The notes under the pieces were generated by a model. The model was not told the DNA's origin. It ran no database searches and was given only the letters and a program-made list of their open reading frames with translations. The translations under genes and the position numbers were made by a program. This document shows positions 17,079-27,235 of a stretch of DNA of 32,000 nt, piece by piece. The stretch covers positions 2,070,001 to 2,102,000 of the forward strand of contig NZ_CP080507.1 of the NCBI RefSeq assembly GCF_019464535.1, in the 5' to 3' direction. Every line of letters starts with the position of its first letter. Positions within the stretch are counted from its first letter, which is position 1. This DNA comes from Horticoccus luteus (GTDB lineage Bacteria > Verrucomicrobiota > Verrucomicrobiia > Opitutales > Opitutaceae).

Positions 17079-17441
17079 CTATCCGAGCAGGATGTCGGTC
17101 ACTTTCCCGTGGGTGAATATGATGTGGGACGAATAGCGGTGGGCGTGCACGTCGGGCATGCCACCGTTCCAACCGGCAGCGGCGTCGGATTGATAATAAA
17201 TCCACGTTTCCACGTTGGGCGTTTCACCGCGTTCGATCTTTTCCGGTTTCCCCAGCACAATATAAACCATGTCCGGCGTGAACCCGAGCTCCACGCGGCC
17301 TTCGGCGATCGCCCTCCGTTGAGCCGGCGTCGCGCTTTGCAGAGCGGCCGCGCGTTCCGATTCTCGGCTGGCCGGCGTGCTGCAACCAGCCAGCAATCCG
17401 GCCAACGCGAGACCTACCAGCCAAGTTGAATGAAGTTTCAT
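17079..17441 (-). CDS. Small lipoprotein, BamE/SmpA-OmlA-like
   Basis: ATG at 17441 gives MKLHSTWLVGLALAGLLAGCS, a signal peptide with lipobox LAGC. The body (GFTPDMVYIVLGKPEKIE...ETWIYY) resembles the BamE-type fold pattern. The upstream TTG at 17483 is less likely. The gene lies 62 nt downstream of pckG on the same strand. Confidence 0.65.
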   Translation of the reverse strand: MKLHSTWLVGLALAGLLAGCSTPASRESERAAALQSATPAQRRAIAEGRVELGFTPDMVYIVLGKPEKIERGETPNVETWIYYQSDAAAGWNGGMPDVHAHRYSSHIIFTHGKVTDILLG

Positions 17442-17503
17442 AAGGTTACCCGGGCAGCGTAACCTCTCTGCCTTGCGTTTCAATCCCCGCGTGGACGCCC
17501 CGG

Positions 17504-19330
17504 CTACATCCGGCAGATCAGCAGCTCGCGTTCGAACATCAGCTCCTTCGGCAGCGTCGCGTGCAGGTCGATGAAGAGCTCCTCATGGCCGAGGATCTCC
17601 GACCGCCACCCCGCGCGATCGAAGGCCTGCAATTCGGCAAACTTCTCTTCGGAAAACTTGAGGCCGGCCCAATCGATATCCTTGTAACGAGGCACCCAGC
17701 CAATCGGTGTTTCCTGCGCCCGGCCGCCGGCACGCACGCGGTCGAAGATCCATTTCAACACGCGCATGTTTTCCGAGAATCCGGGCCAGATGAATTTCCC
17801 GTCCGCATCCTTGCGAAACCAGTTCACGTGGAAAATCCGCGGCGTCTCGCTGAGCTTGCGCTGCATGTTGATCCAGTGGCGGAAATAATCACCCATGTTA
17901 TAGCCGCAGAACGGCAGCATCGCCATGGGATCGCGCCGCACTTTGCCGATCGTGCCTGCGGCCGCCGCGGTCATTTCCGAACCCATCGTCGCGCCAATAT
18001 AAACGCCGCTCGACCAGTTGAAGGCTTGATAAACCAACGGCATCGTCCGTGCCCGCCGCCCCCCGAAAACGATCGCGTGAATCGGCACGCCGTCGGGGCT
18101 TTCCCAATCCGCATCCATCGTCGGGCATTGTTTCGCCGGCGCGGTGAACCGTGCGTTCGGATGCGCGGCCTTCACGCCCTTTTCCTTCGCGAGCGCCGGG
18201 GTCCAATCGCGGCCTTGCCAGTCGATCGCATGCGCCGGGGGCTTCTCCGTCATGCCTTCCCACCACACGCCGCCGTCGTCGGTCAGCGCGCAGTTGGTGA
18301 AGATCGCATTCTTCGCCAGCGCCTTCATCGCGTTCGGATTGGTGTGATGGCCGGTGCCGGGGGCGACGCCGAAAAAACCGGCCTCGGGATTGATCGCGCG
18401 CAGCCGGCCGTTGGCGTCCGGTTTGATCCACGCAATGTCATCGCCGACGGTCGTGATCTTCCAGCCTTGCTTCTTGAAATGCGCCGGCGGGATCAGCATC
18501 GCGAAATTCGTCTTGCCGCACGCACTGGGAAACGCCGCCGCGATGTAGTGCTTGTGCCCCTGCGGATCCTGCACGCCGAGGATCAGCATGTGCTCGGCCA
18601 TCCAGCCCTCGTCGCGCGCCATGTTGGACGCGATGCGGAGCGCGAAACATTTTTTGCCGAGCAACGCGTTGCCGCCGTAACCGGAACCGAAGCTCCAGAT
18701 CTCGCGCGACTCCGGGAAATGCACGATGTATTTCTCTTTGTTGCACGGCCAGGAAACGTCCGCCTCGCCGGCCTTGAGCGGCGCACCAACGGAGTGCACG
18801 CACGGCACCACGCGCTTGAAATCCTGGTCGATCAAGTCGAACACGGGTTTGCCGATGCGCGCCATGATCCGCATGTTGGCGACCGCATATGCGGAGTCGG
18901 TGAGCTGCACGCCGATCTGCGACATCGGCGAGCCGAGCGGCCCCATGCTGAACGCCAGCACATACATCGTGCGGCCTTCCATGCAGCCGGAGAAAAGCCC
19001 CTTGAGCGTTTTCCGCATCGCGAATGGGTCGACCCAGTTGTTGGTCGGCCCCGCCGCTTCCTTGGACAGCGAACAAATAAAAGTCCGGTCTTCGACGCGC
19101 GCCACATCGCCCGGATCGGATCGCGCCAGATAACAGCCCGGCCACTTCTTTTGGTTCAACTTGATGAACGTCCCCGCATCCACCATCTCGCCGCAAAGCG
19201 CATCATACTCCGCCTGCGAGCCGTCCACCCAGTGCACGCGCGCGGGCTTGCAAAGGGAGACCATTTTTTCGACCCAGCGCAGCAAATGCGCGTTTTCACT
19301 CAGGGGTTTCGTGGGGTGACGATTCTTCAT
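17504..19330 (-). CDS. pckG: Phosphoenolpyruvate carboxykinase (GTP)
   Basis: 608 aa from ATG 19330 ([23 protein letters not shown]). Hallmark GTP-PEPCK blocks are present: [23 protein letters not shown], the P-loop [16 protein letters not shown], and WEGMT...DWQGRDW. The 142 codons upstream in the listed ORF are Arg-rich junk overlapping the next gene. Confidence 0.95.
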   Translation of the reverse strand: MKNRHPTKPLSENAHLLRWVEKMVSLCKPARVHWVDGSQAEYDALCGEMVDAGTFIKLNQKKWPGCYLARSDPGDVARVEDRTFICSLSKEAAGPTNNWVDPFAMRKTLKGLFSGCMEGRTMYVLAFSMGPLGSPMSQIGVQLTDSAYAVANMRIMARIGKPVFDLIDQDFKRVVPCVHSVGAPLKAGEADVSWPCNKEKYIVHFPESREIWSFGSGYGGNALLGKKCFALRIASNMARDEGWMAEHMLILGVQDPQGHKHYIAAAFPSACGKTNFAMLIPPAHFKKQGWKITTVGDDIAWIKPDANGRLRAINPEAGFFGVAPGTGHHTNPNAMKALAKNAIFTNCALTDDGGVWWEGMTEKPPAHAIDWQGRDWTPALAKEKGVKAAHPNARFTAPAKQCPTMDADWESPDGVPIHAIVFGGRRARTMPLVYQAFNWSSGVYIGATMGSEMTAAAAGTIGKVRRDPMAMLPFCGYNMGDYFRHWINMQRKLSETPRIFHVNWFRKDADGKFIWPGFSENMRVLKWIFDRVRAGGRAQETPIGWVPRYKDIDWAGLKFSEEKFAELQAFDRAGWRSEILGHEELFIDLHATLPKELMFERELLICRM

Positions 19331-19560
19331 GACGGGTCTGAGAATGTTTACGCCGCCGGACGAGTAAACCGGTTTTCCTGACCTAACGGAGTATTTAGCA
19401 CCGGCGCAGGTGTTCATAAGCGAAGCCCATCGCCACCCTTGGTCAGTCCTTTGGCGCAGTTGCGCGGGCGGGCGTCGCGGCCGCGCCGGGTCGCCACCCG
19501 TGAATGTTCGCTCAGCGCAATCTTGCGTTCGCCCGGCGCCCTTCGCTTTGTTCGCCCGCC

Positions 19561-20259
19561 ATGGCCCCCTCCTTGCTCTTCGCTCCGCGCAGCCGGCTCG
19601 TGATGATCGGCGATTCCGTGACGGACTGTAATCGCAGCCGTCCCGTCGGAGAAGGGTTGTTCGACGGCATCGGACGCGGTTACCCGATGCTCGTCGACGC
19701 GTGGCTCGCCGTCGCGTATCCCGAACTCGCCATTCGCGTTTCCAACGTGGGGACAAGCAGCCACACGGTCCGCGACCTTCAGGCCCGCTGGCAAACCGAT
19801 GTCCTCGACCTCACGCCCGACTGGGTGTCCGTGATGATCGGCGTCAACGATGTGTGGCGCCAGTTCGATTCGCCGCGGCAGCCTGAGCTCGCGGTTTCGC
19901 CGGAAGATTACGCCGCCACCCTCGATGAACTCGTCGAGCTCACGCTGCCGCAGGTGCGCGGCATGATTTTAATGTCGCCGTGCTACGTCGAGTCGAACGC
20001 CACCGACGCCATGCGCGCGCGCATGGACACTTATGGCGCGCTCGTTCGCAGCATCGCGCAACGGCACAACGTTGTGTTCGTCGATACCCAGGCGGCGTTT
20101 GCACCGCTGCTGGCGCACCTGCACTCCGCGGCCATTTCTTGGGATCGGGTGCACCCGAACCACATCGGGCATGCGGTCCTCGCCCGCGCATTTCTCAACG
20201 GCGTGGGTTTCGACTGGTCGCGCCTCGCCGCCTCCGCCCCGTCCAATTTCACCAGCTGA
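19561..20259 (+). CDS. SGNH/GDSL-family hydrolase (esterase), apparently cytoplasmic
   Basis: Block [11 protein letters not shown] (Ser nucleophile), block III IGVNDVW, block [11 protein letters not shown] (Asp-x-x-His). ATG at 19561 is preferred and ATG at 19504 is the alternative. Neither start gives a signal peptide. Confidence 0.8.
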   Translation: MAPSLLFAPRSRLVMIGDSVTDCNRSRPVGEGLFDGIGRGYPMLVDAWLAVAYPELAIRVSNVGTSSHTVRDLQARWQTDVLDLTPDWVSVMIGVNDVWRQFDSPRQPELAVSPEDYAATLDELVELTLPQVRGMILMSPCYVESNATDAMRARMDTYGALVRSIAQRHNVVFVDTQAAFAPLLAHLHSAAISWDRVHPNHIGHAVLARAFLNGVGFDWSRLAASAPSNFTS

Positions 20260-20309
20260 CGCACAACACCCGCCGCTCATCTTTTTCCACCCGCTCCTTA
20301 TTCCTTCGC

Positions 20310-23006
20310 ATGAAATCCTCCCCTCTCACCCGCGTGGTCGGCCTGCGCTGCAACCACCTCGATAATCCTCTCGGCGTGCACGACGCCGCGCCCCGCCTCA
20401 GCTGGCGACTCGAAACCGGCGCGCGCCGCGGGGCCCGCCAGACGGCCTATCGGATTACGGTCTCCACGACTCGCACCGGCGAAGCGGACTTGTGGGACAG
20501 CGGGCGCGTCGCCTCCGATCTCACGTTGAATATCGCTTACGCAGGCCGCGCCCTCGCCTCCCGCGAACGCGCTTGGTGGCGGGTGACCGTGTGGGACGAG
20601 GCCAACCGCGCGAGCGAGAGCAAGCCGGCCTTTTGGGAGGCTGGCCTGCTCACGGCCGCCGATTGGTCGGCCCAATGGATCGGCTCGGCCGCGGTCGGCG
20701 GGCCGGAGACCTCCGTGCCTTCGCCGCACGTCCGCACGGTTTTCAACGTCAGCAAAAAAGTCTCGGCGGCGCGCCTCTATGTGACCGCGCTCGGCCTCTA
20801 CGAATTTCATCTCAACGGCCAGCGCATCGGCGAGGATGTCTTCACCCCGGGCTGGACCGATTACAACAAGCGCGTGCAATACCAGGTTTACGATGTCACG
20901 CCGGCCCTGCGCTCGGGCGTCAACGCCGCCGGTGCGATCCTCGGCGATGGCTGGTATTGCGGACACATCGGATGGAAGACGCGCCAATATTACGGCGACC
21001 GGCCGCGTTTGCTGGCCCAGTTGGAAATCGCTTACGCCGATGGTTCGCGCGAGACCATCGTAAGCAACGCCGCCTGGCGCACCGCTCCGGGCCCGATCAC
21101 CGAAAGCGATTTCATGCATGGCGAGAGCTACGACGCCCGCCGCGAAATCACCGGCTGGGATACCGCAGATTACGATGAACGCGGCTGGCTGCCCGTCGAG
21201 ACCTTCGCCGCGCCCGCGATTGAGCTCGCGCCAGTGCTCGGTCCGGCCGTGCGCGCGACGCAGGAATTGAAACCGATCGCGGCGCCAAAGTTGATGCAGA
21301 CCTGGCCATCGCCCTCGTGGATCTTCGACCTCGGGCAAAACATGGTCGGTCGCGTGCGGCTGCATGTGAAGGGGACCGCGGGCCAGATGATCAAGTTGCG
21401 CTTCGCCGAGATGCTGACGGCCGAGGGCCTGCTTTACACGGACAACCTCCGCACCGCGCGTCAGACCGACTTCTACATCTGCCGCGGCGACCCGGCGGGC
21501 GAGACGTGGGAATCGCGCTTCACGTTTCACGGTTTCCGATTCGTCGAAATGTCTGGCCACGAAGCGGAGCCGCTCGCGGACGCGATCACGGGCGTCGTGT
21601 TGCACAGCGACACGCCGTCCACCGGCGACTTCACGTGCAGTGATGCGCTCGTGAATCAACTCCAGCGCAACATCGACTGGGGCCAGCGCGGCAACTTCCT
21701 CGAAGTGCCGACCGACTGCCCGCAGCGCAACGAACGACTTGGGTGGATGGGCGATGCGCAGGTTTTCTCGCGCACCGCCGCGTGGAATCGCGACGTCGAG
21801 GCCTTTTTCCATAAGTGGATGCGCGATGTCGAAGACGCGCAGACAGCCGAGGGGGCGTTCTCCGCGATCTCGCCGCAAGTCGAAGGCTGTCCGCCGGACG
21901 GCGGACCGGCGTGGGCGGACGCCGGCGTGGTCAGCCCGTGGACGATGTATCTCTACTACGCGGACACCGCGATCCTCGCCCAACACTACGAGGCGATGAA
22001 GCGATTCATCGGCTACCTCGAAAAGACCTCGCAAAACCTGATTCGCGTTCATCCCGACGTCACCAAATGGGGCGGCTTCGGCGACTGGCTCGCGCTCGAC
22101 GGCAGCGGCAAGACGGAAGGCGGCACGCCGAAGGATCTCATCGGCACGGCCTTCTTCGCCTACAGCACGGATATCGTCGCGCGCACGGCCCGCGTGCTCG
22201 GCCACAAAGCCGAAGCGGAGCGCTACGAACGCCTCCGTGATCGCGTGCGCCGCGCGTTTCAACACCGCTTCATTACGGGCGACGGCTTGGTGAGCGGGCT
22301 GACCCAAACATGCTACGTGCTCGCCCTGCATTTCGACCTGGCGCCCGAAGAACTGCGCCCGAAGTTGCTCGCGGAATTGTTGCGCGACGTCGAACAGCGC
22401 GGCTGGAAACTCTCAACCGGCTTCGTCAGCACCTCCTATGTGCCGCACGTGCTCACGCGTTTCGGACGCAGCGATGTCGCCTATAAACTGCTGCACCAAA
22501 AAGCGTGGCCGTCGTGGCTCTACGCCGTCACGCAGGGCGCGACGACGATCTGGGAGCGCTGGGACGGTTGGACGAAAGAAAAGGGTTTCCAGGATCCGGG
22601 CATGAACTCGTTCAACCATTATGCTTACGGGGCGATCGGCGCTTGGTTGTATGCGACCGTCGCCGGCGTCGACATCGACGAGGCCCATCCCGGTTACAAA
22701 CACATCGTGCTGCGCCCGACGCCCGGAGGTGAACTCACCTCGGCGACGGGAACGCTCGATTCCGTGCATGGCCGCATCCGCAGCGCATGGAAAACCGCCG
22801 CCGGGAAATTCGAATGGGAAGTCATCGTGCCGCCCAACACCACGGCGAGCGCGCGTTTCCCGGTGCCGGCGACCGCGCGCCTGACCGAAGGCGGCCGGCC
22901 GCTGGCGCGCGCGACGGGCGTGAAACACGTGAAGGCGTCCACCGACGCCGTCACGTGCGAACTCGCGCCCGGCCATTACCGCTTCGCCGCGACGTGGAAA
23001 GCTTAA
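20310..23006 (+). CDS. Alpha-L-rhamnosidase, glycoside hydrolase family 78
   Basis: 898 aa from ATG 20310. N-terminal GH78 pattern LRCNHLDNPLGVHDAAPRLSWRL...RQTAYRITV...LWDSGRV. Catalytic-domain block VPTDCPQRNERLGWMGDAQVF. No signal peptide. The gene starts 50 nt after the SGNH hydrolase stop. Confidence 0.9.
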   Translation: MKSSPLTRVVGLRCNHLDNPLGVHDAAPRLSWRLETGARRGARQTAYRITVSTTRTGEADLWDSGRVASDLTLNIAYAGRALASRERAWWRVTVWDEANRASESKPAFWEAGLLTAADWSAQWIGSAAVGGPETSVPSPHVRTVFNVSKKVSAARLYVTALGLYEFHLNGQRIGEDVFTPGWTDYNKRVQYQVYDVTPALRSGVNAAGAILGDGWYCGHIGWKTRQYYGDRPRLLAQLEIAYADGSRETIVSNAAWRTAPGPITESDFMHGESYDARREITGWDTADYDERGWLPVETFAAPAIELAPVLGPAVRATQELKPIAAPKLMQTWPSPSWIFDLGQNMVGRVRLHVKGTAGQMIKLRFAEMLTAEGLLYTDNLRTARQTDFYICRGDPAGETWESRFTFHGFRFVEMSGHEAEPLADAITGVVLHSDTPSTGDFTCSDALVNQLQRNIDWGQRGNFLEVPTDCPQRNERLGWMGDAQVFSRTAAWNRDVEAFFHKWMRDVEDAQTAEGAFSAISPQVEGCPPDGGPAWADAGVVSPWTMYLYYADTAILAQHYEAMKRFIGYLEKTSQNLIRVHPDVTKWGGFGDWLALDGSGKTEGGTPKDLIGTAFFAYSTDIVARTARVLGHKAEAERYERLRDRVRRAFQHRFITGDGLVSGLTQTCYVLALHFDLAPEELRPKLLAELLRDVEQRGWKLSTGFVSTSYVPHVLTRFGRSDVAYKLLHQKAWPSWLYAVTQGATTIWERWDGWTKEKGFQDPGMNSFNHYAYGAIGAWLYATVAGVDIDEAHPGYKHIVLRPTPGGELTSATGTLDSVHGRIRSAWKTAAGKFEWEVIVPPNTTASARFPVPATARLTEGGRPLARATGVKHVKASTDAVTCELAPGHYRFAATWKA

Positions 23007-23098
23007 CGCCGCCTTCGAGCGTCAGGTCGCCGCGCACCGGCGGCCTCGCCCTCACGCCGCGGGTTCGCCTGCTGCCGGCATAGCGTTGAGACGAAATC

Positions 23099-23124
23099 AG
23101 CCGCGCCCACCGCGCGGCTTTTTT
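23099..23124 (+). terminator. Rho-independent terminator downstream of the GH78 gene (possibly weakly bidirectional, with tatC ending at 23145)
   Basis: Perfect 8-bp stem agccgcgc (23099-23106) / gcgcggct (23112-23119) with loop ccacc. The stem runs straight into a T run ending at 23124, and gaaatc precedes it. Confidence 0.6.
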
Positions 23125-23144
23125 GCGTGCAGCGGCTGGCCGGC

Positions 23145-23915
23145 TTACGGCGCCCGCAGACGTTCATTGCGCTTCTTCTCGACGCGAGCGCCCGCAAACA
23201 CGGCCAGCTCGAAGAGGATATACAGCGGAGCTGCAAAAAGCGTTTGCGTGACCGGATCCGGTGTCGGCGTCACCACGGCCGCGATGATGAAAATCACCAC
23301 AATCGCGTGCCGCCGATATTTTCGCAGGAAAGCCGTGGTGATGACGCCCATGTAAACGAGCAGCACGATCAGCAGCGGAAACTCAAACGCGGCACCCACC
23401 CCCAATACGAGCCACGTCAGCAAGCTGTAGTAGCTGCCTGGCGTCCATCGCAGCGTGTAGCCGAGCAGTTCGTTGATCTCGATCGACACGCGGATCGTGC
23501 TCGGCACGAGGAGAAAGAAACTAAACGAGGCGCCGATCAAAAACAGCAGCCCCGCCATGAAGACGAGCGGCAGCACCATCCGGAGCTCGTGGTCCGTCAG
23601 GGCCGGCGCCACGAATTGACCGACGAAAAAGAGGATGAACGGCGCAGCGAGAATGAACCCGCCCAGGAAGCACATCTGGATGACGACGTTGAAGCCCTCC
23701 ATCACGGTCGTCGTGCCCAGTTCCAGCACCAACGTGGGCTTTTCCGCCTGCACGTAATGGAGCGGCCAGAGGAGCACCTCGTTGAACTCCTTCATGAAGT
23801 AGCCGATCAGCGCCGCAAATATCGCGAAGACGATCGCACTCTTGATAAGCGTGCCGCGCATCTCGTCGAGATGTTCGAAAAAGCCCATGGACCGCTCGCG
23901 GCCGCCCCGCCGCAT
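23145..23915 (-). CDS. tatC: Twin-arginine translocase subunit TatC
   Basis: Six-TM protein with FFEHLDEMRGTLIKS (the HLxELRxRL box) and RRHAIVVIFIIAAVVTPTPDPVTQ (conserved TatC C-terminal box). The first in-frame ATG is at 23915 (MRRGGRERSMGFFEHL). Alternatives are ATG 23888 and TTG 23999, which is the listed ORF start. Confidence 0.88.
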   Translation of the reverse strand: MRRGGRERSMGFFEHLDEMRGTLIKSAIVFAIFAALIGYFMKEFNEVLLWPLHYVQAEKPTLVLELGTTTVMEGFNVVIQMCFLGGFILAAPFILFFVGQFVAPALTDHELRMVLPLVFMAGLLFLIGASFSFFLLVPSTIRVSIEINELLGYTLRWTPGSYYSLLTWLVLGVGAAFEFPLLIVLLVYMGVITTAFLRKYRRHAIVVIFIIAAVVTPTPDPVTQTLFAAPLYILFELAVFAGARVEKKRNERLRAP

Positions 23916-24123
23916 TTCTGTGCCGGCCGGTAGATGTTCGAAGACTTCGTCGTCGGGTGCGCTCAAGGTAGTCCGCGCATGCTGGAATCTTTTTTTCAAA
24001 ACGGAAGCGCGTTATCGAACGCCCTGCCACGTTGCGGAATCCCCCCGATGAGCCGCCGGGCGATGCTGCATCGTTGACACCCCCGCCGGCGCGGTATCCG
24101 CTCGTCTGCCTGCGCGGTCGCGC

Positions 24124-26973
24124 ATGCGTTCGTTTTTCAACCAGAAATCAACCACTATGGCCGTTAAATCCAAAGCCAAGAAATCCGCCCCGCGTGCGGT
24201 CAAATCGTCCGCGAAGGCGAAACCCGCCGCCGCCAAATCATCCGCTGGCAAGGCGACCAAATACGTCTACCTGTTCGGCAAAAAGACCGACGGCAACGGC
24301 ACCATGAAGGCCCTCCTCGGCGGCAAGGGCGCCAACCTCGGCGAAATGTGCCGCATCGGTCTCCCCGTCCCTCCCGGATTTACCGTCACGACGGAAGTCT
24401 GCACCTATTACTACGCCAACAAGCGCACCTACCCGGCCGCACTTACCGCGCAGATGCAAGCTGGCATCAAGTCGATCGAGCAGCAGACCGGCACGAAATT
24501 CGGCGACTTGAAAAACCCGTTGCTCGTGTCCGTGCGCTCCGGTGCACGCGATTCGATGCCGGGTATGATGGACACCATTCTCAACCTCGGCCTCAACGAC
24601 GAGACCGTGGAGGCCCTCGCCGCCAAGACCAACAACCCGCGTTTCGCGTGGGATTGCTACCGCCGCTTTGTCCAGATGTATGGCGATGTCGTGCTCGGCG
24701 TGCAGAAGCGGCCCGACGAAGATCACGAGCCGTTCGAGGTCGTGATCGGCCACCTCAAGGACGAGCGTTACGGCAATCACGAGATGGATGACACCAAGCT
24801 CTCGGTCGATGACCTGAAGGAGCTCGTCGCGCGCTTCAAGAAGCTGGTGAAAGACCGCGTCGGCAAAGCGTTTCCCGCCAGCCCGTGGGATCAATTGACC
24901 GGTGCGGCCGGTGCCGTGTTTGGCTCCTGGATGAACGACCGCGCCATCGTCTACCGCCGCAAATACAACATCCCCTCCGAATGGGGCACCGCCGTCAATG
25001 TGCAGGCGATGGTCTACGGCAACACCGGCGACACCTCCGGCTCCGGCGTGGCTTTTACCCGCAATCCCGCGAACGGCGCGAAGGAGTTTTACGGCGAGTT
25101 TCTCATCAACGCCCAAGGTGAAGACGTGGTCGCCGGTGTGCGCACGCCCGAGCCGGTGTCCGAGCTGAAGAAGCATCTGCCCGACGCTTATCATGAACTC
25201 GAGCGCATCCGCGGCGTGCTCGAGAAGCACTTCAAGGACGTGCAGGACTTCGAGTTCACCATCGAAGATCACAAGCTGTATATGCTGCAAACCCGCAACG
25301 GTAAGCGCACCGCGATGGCGGCGTTGAAGTTCTCCACCGACATGGTGAAGGAGAAGCTCATCGATTGGCAGACCGCCATCATGCGCAACCCGGCCGATCA
25401 GCTCGAACAGCTCCTCGCCCCGGTCTTCGATCTCGCCGAAGTGAAGAAAGCCAAGGTCATCGCCACCGGTCTCCCCGCCGGCCCCGGCGCCGCCACCGGT
25501 CGGATCTATTTCAACGCCGATCGCGCCGTCCTCGCCGCCGACAAGGGCGAGAAAGTGCTCCTCGTGCGCGTGGAAACCTCGCCGGAAGATTTGCGCGGCA
25601 TGATCGCCGCTGAAGGCATTCTCACCGCGCGCGGTGGTGTGTCCTCCCACGCGGCGCTCGTCGCCCGCCAGATGGGTAAAGTCTGTGTGTGCGGCGCCGC
25701 GGCCGTGCAGATCGACTACGAGAAGAAGGTCGCGAACATCGCCGGCCAGAAATTCAGCGAAGGCGACTACCTGTCGATCGATGGCACGTCGGGCACCGTC
25801 TACGCGGGCCAGATCAAGACCGCTCCGTCCGAAATCATCGCCGGCTTGATCCACAACGACGCCGCGGCGAAAAAGACCGAGAAGTTCAAGGACTACGTGC
25901 AGCTCATGAAGTGGTGCGCGCAAGTCACCAAGCTCAAGGTCCGCACCAACGCCGACACGCCCGAGCAGACCGCCAACGCCCTCGCGTTCGGCGCCGTCGG
26001 CATCGGCCTGACCCGCACCGAGCACATGTTCTTCGAGGGCGAACGCATCGATGCGATGCGCGAGATGATCCTCGCCGACACCACCGCCGACCGCGAAGCG
26101 GCGCTGGCGAAGCTCCTCCCCTACCAACGCGAGGATTTCCTCGGAATCTTCAAAGCCTTGAAGGGCTTCCCGGCGACGATCCGCTTTCTCGATCCGCCGC
26201 TCCACGAGTTCCTGCCCAACACCAAGGAACAGCAGGCCGACCTCGCGAAGAAGCTCGGCCTTCCGGTCGAGAAAATCGTCACGCGCGTGCACGAGCTGCA
26301 CGAGTTCAACCCGATGCTCGGTTTCCGCGGCTGCCGCCTGGGAATCAAGTATCCCGAGATCACGCGCATGCAGGCCCGCGCCGTTTTCGAAGCGGCCGTC
26401 GCCGCCAAGAAAAAGGGCGTGCAAGCCAATCCGGAAATCATGATCCCGCTCGTCGGTTTCAAGAAGGAGCTCGATCAACAGGTCGAACTCGTGCACGCGA
26501 CCGCCGCCGCCGTCCAGAAGGAGACGAAGGTCAAGTTCGCCTACTCCGTCGGCACGATGATCGAGATTCCGCGCGGCGCACTCACCGCCAACGAAATCGC
26601 GCAGACCGCGCAGTTCTTCAGCTTCGGCACCAATGATCTCACGCAGACCTGCCTCGGCATGTCGCGCGACGATTCCGGCTCCTTCCTCGGCGCCTATCAG
26701 GAAGCCGAGATCATGAAGAAGAACCCGTTCGCCTCGATCGACCAGACCGGCGTCGGACAATTGATGGAAATCGCGATCACCAAAGGCCGCGCCACGCGTC
26801 CCGACATCAAGCTCGGGATCTGCGGCGAACACGGCGGCGATCCCGACTCCGTCAAGTTCTGCCACAAGCTCGGCCTCAGCTACGTGAGCTGCTCGCCCTA
26901 TCGCGTGCCCGTCGCCCGCCTCGCCGCAGCGCAAGCCGCCGTCGCGGATCTTCAGGCCGCCAAGAAGAAGTAA
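24124..26973 (+). CDS. ppdK: Pyruvate, phosphate dikinase with a Lys/Ala-rich N-terminal tail
   Basis: KYVYLFG...[26 protein letters not shown] (ATP-grasp N-terminus), [19 protein letters not shown] (phospho-His swivel domain), [11 protein letters not shown] and ICGEHGGDP (PEP/pyruvate domain). The start is ATG 24124 or ATG 24157. No ATG, GTG or TTG lies in frame between 24157 and the conserved KYVYLFG. Confidence 0.95.
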   Translation: MRSFFNQKSTTMAVKSKAKKSAPRAVKSSAKAKPAAAKSSAGKATKYVYLFGKKTDGNGTMKALLGGKGANLGEMCRIGLPVPPGFTVTTEVCTYYYANKRTYPAALTAQMQAGIKSIEQQTGTKFGDLKNPLLVSVRSGARDSMPGMMDTILNLGLNDETVEALAAKTNNPRFAWDCYRRFVQMYGDVVLGVQKRPDEDHEPFEVVIGHLKDERYGNHEMDDTKLSVDDLKELVARFKKLVKDRVGKAFPASPWDQLTGAAGAVFGSWMNDRAIVYRRKYNIPSEWGTAVNVQAMVYGNTGDTSGSGVAFTRNPANGAKEFYGEFLINAQGEDVVAGVRTPEPVSELKKHLPDAYHELERIRGVLEKHFKDVQDFEFTIEDHKLYMLQTRNGKRTAMAALKFSTDMVKEKLIDWQTAIMRNPADQLEQLLAPVFDLAEVKKAKVIATGLPAGPGAATGRIYFNADRAVLAADKGEKVLLVRVETSPEDLRGMIAAEGILTARGGVSSHAALVARQMGKVCVCGAAAVQIDYEKKVANIAGQKFSEGDYLSIDGTSGTVYAGQIKTAPSEIIAGLIHNDAAAKKTEKFKDYVQLMKWCAQVTKLKVRTNADTPEQTANALAFGAVGIGLTRTEHMFFEGERIDAMREMILADTTADREAALAKLLPYQREDFLGIFKALKGFPATIRFLDPPLHEFLPNTKEQQADLAKKLGLPVEKIVTRVHELHEFNPMLGFRGCRLGIKYPEITRMQARAVFEAAVAAKKKGVQANPEIMIPLVGFKKELDQQVELVHATAAAVQKETKVKFAYSVGTMIEIPRGALTANEIAQTAQFFSFGTNDLTQTCLGMSRDDSGSFLGAYQEAEIMKKNPFASIDQTGVGQLMEIAITKGRATRPDIKLGICGEHGGDPDSVKFCHKLGLSYVSCSPYRVPVARLAAAQAAVADLQAAKKK

Positions 26974-27016
26974 CGTCGCCGCGCGCTCCGGCGCCCTGCG
27001 ACTCTTCGTCTCCCAG

Positions 27017-27049
27017 CCCCGCATCGTTCGCGATGCGGGGTTTTTCTTT
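27017..27049 (+). terminator. Rho-independent terminator of ppdK
   Basis: Perfect 10-bp GC-rich stem ccccgcatcg (27017-27026) / cgatgcgggg (27031-27040) closed by a ttcg (UUCG) tetraloop and followed by tttttcttt. It lies 44 nt after the ppdK stop. Confidence 0.8.
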
Positions 27050-27235
27050 GCGCACCACGAGGCGATCGGCGCATGGCCGCGTTGTCCCTCGCCGCTGCTT
27101 TTGTTCGCCGCGATCTCTCGCTCGCCGACTCCTCTAGCGCCGAGCGCCGCGCACTCGCGCCGACAACGCGCTCCTCACGCGCGCTTCCCTTCGCAGGGCG
27201 CGCTTGCACCGATCTCAGAAATATCTTCGCGCGCC

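Noticed and set aside
16852-17136. 94-aa plus-strand ORF in the spacer after the heme-domain gene
   Set aside because: It has no motifs and runs into the lipoprotein gene on the opposite strand. Its composition is unlike the neighbouring genes. It is kept only as a low-interest note about the spacer.
19331-19756. 142-codon N-terminal extension of the PEPCK ORF. Similar extensions occur at 19980-20309 (GH78), 13085-13288 (cytidylyltransferase fusion) and 15778-15912 (b562).
   Set aside because: The extensions are Arg/Pro-rich and lack homology. They overlap neighbouring genes or promoters. In each case an internal ATG coincides with the start of conserved sequence or of a signal peptide.
20298-22331. 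677-aa minus-strand ORF antisense to the GH78 gene, plus the comparable shadow ORFs 24238-27024(-), 29262-31307(-), 17561-19381(+), 27101-28666(+) and 31220-31969(+)
   Set aside because: Each lies opposite a gene with strong, full-length family signatures (GH78, ppdK, ilvD, pckG, pheA/scpB, aldolase). Each has an Arg/Gly/Ala/Asp-rich low-complexity translation.
23145-23999. Solitary tatC without tatA/tatB in the window, considered as an anomaly
   Set aside because: Unlinked tatA and tatC genes occur in many bacteria, and tatA is small and may lie elsewhere. It is not informative without the full genome.
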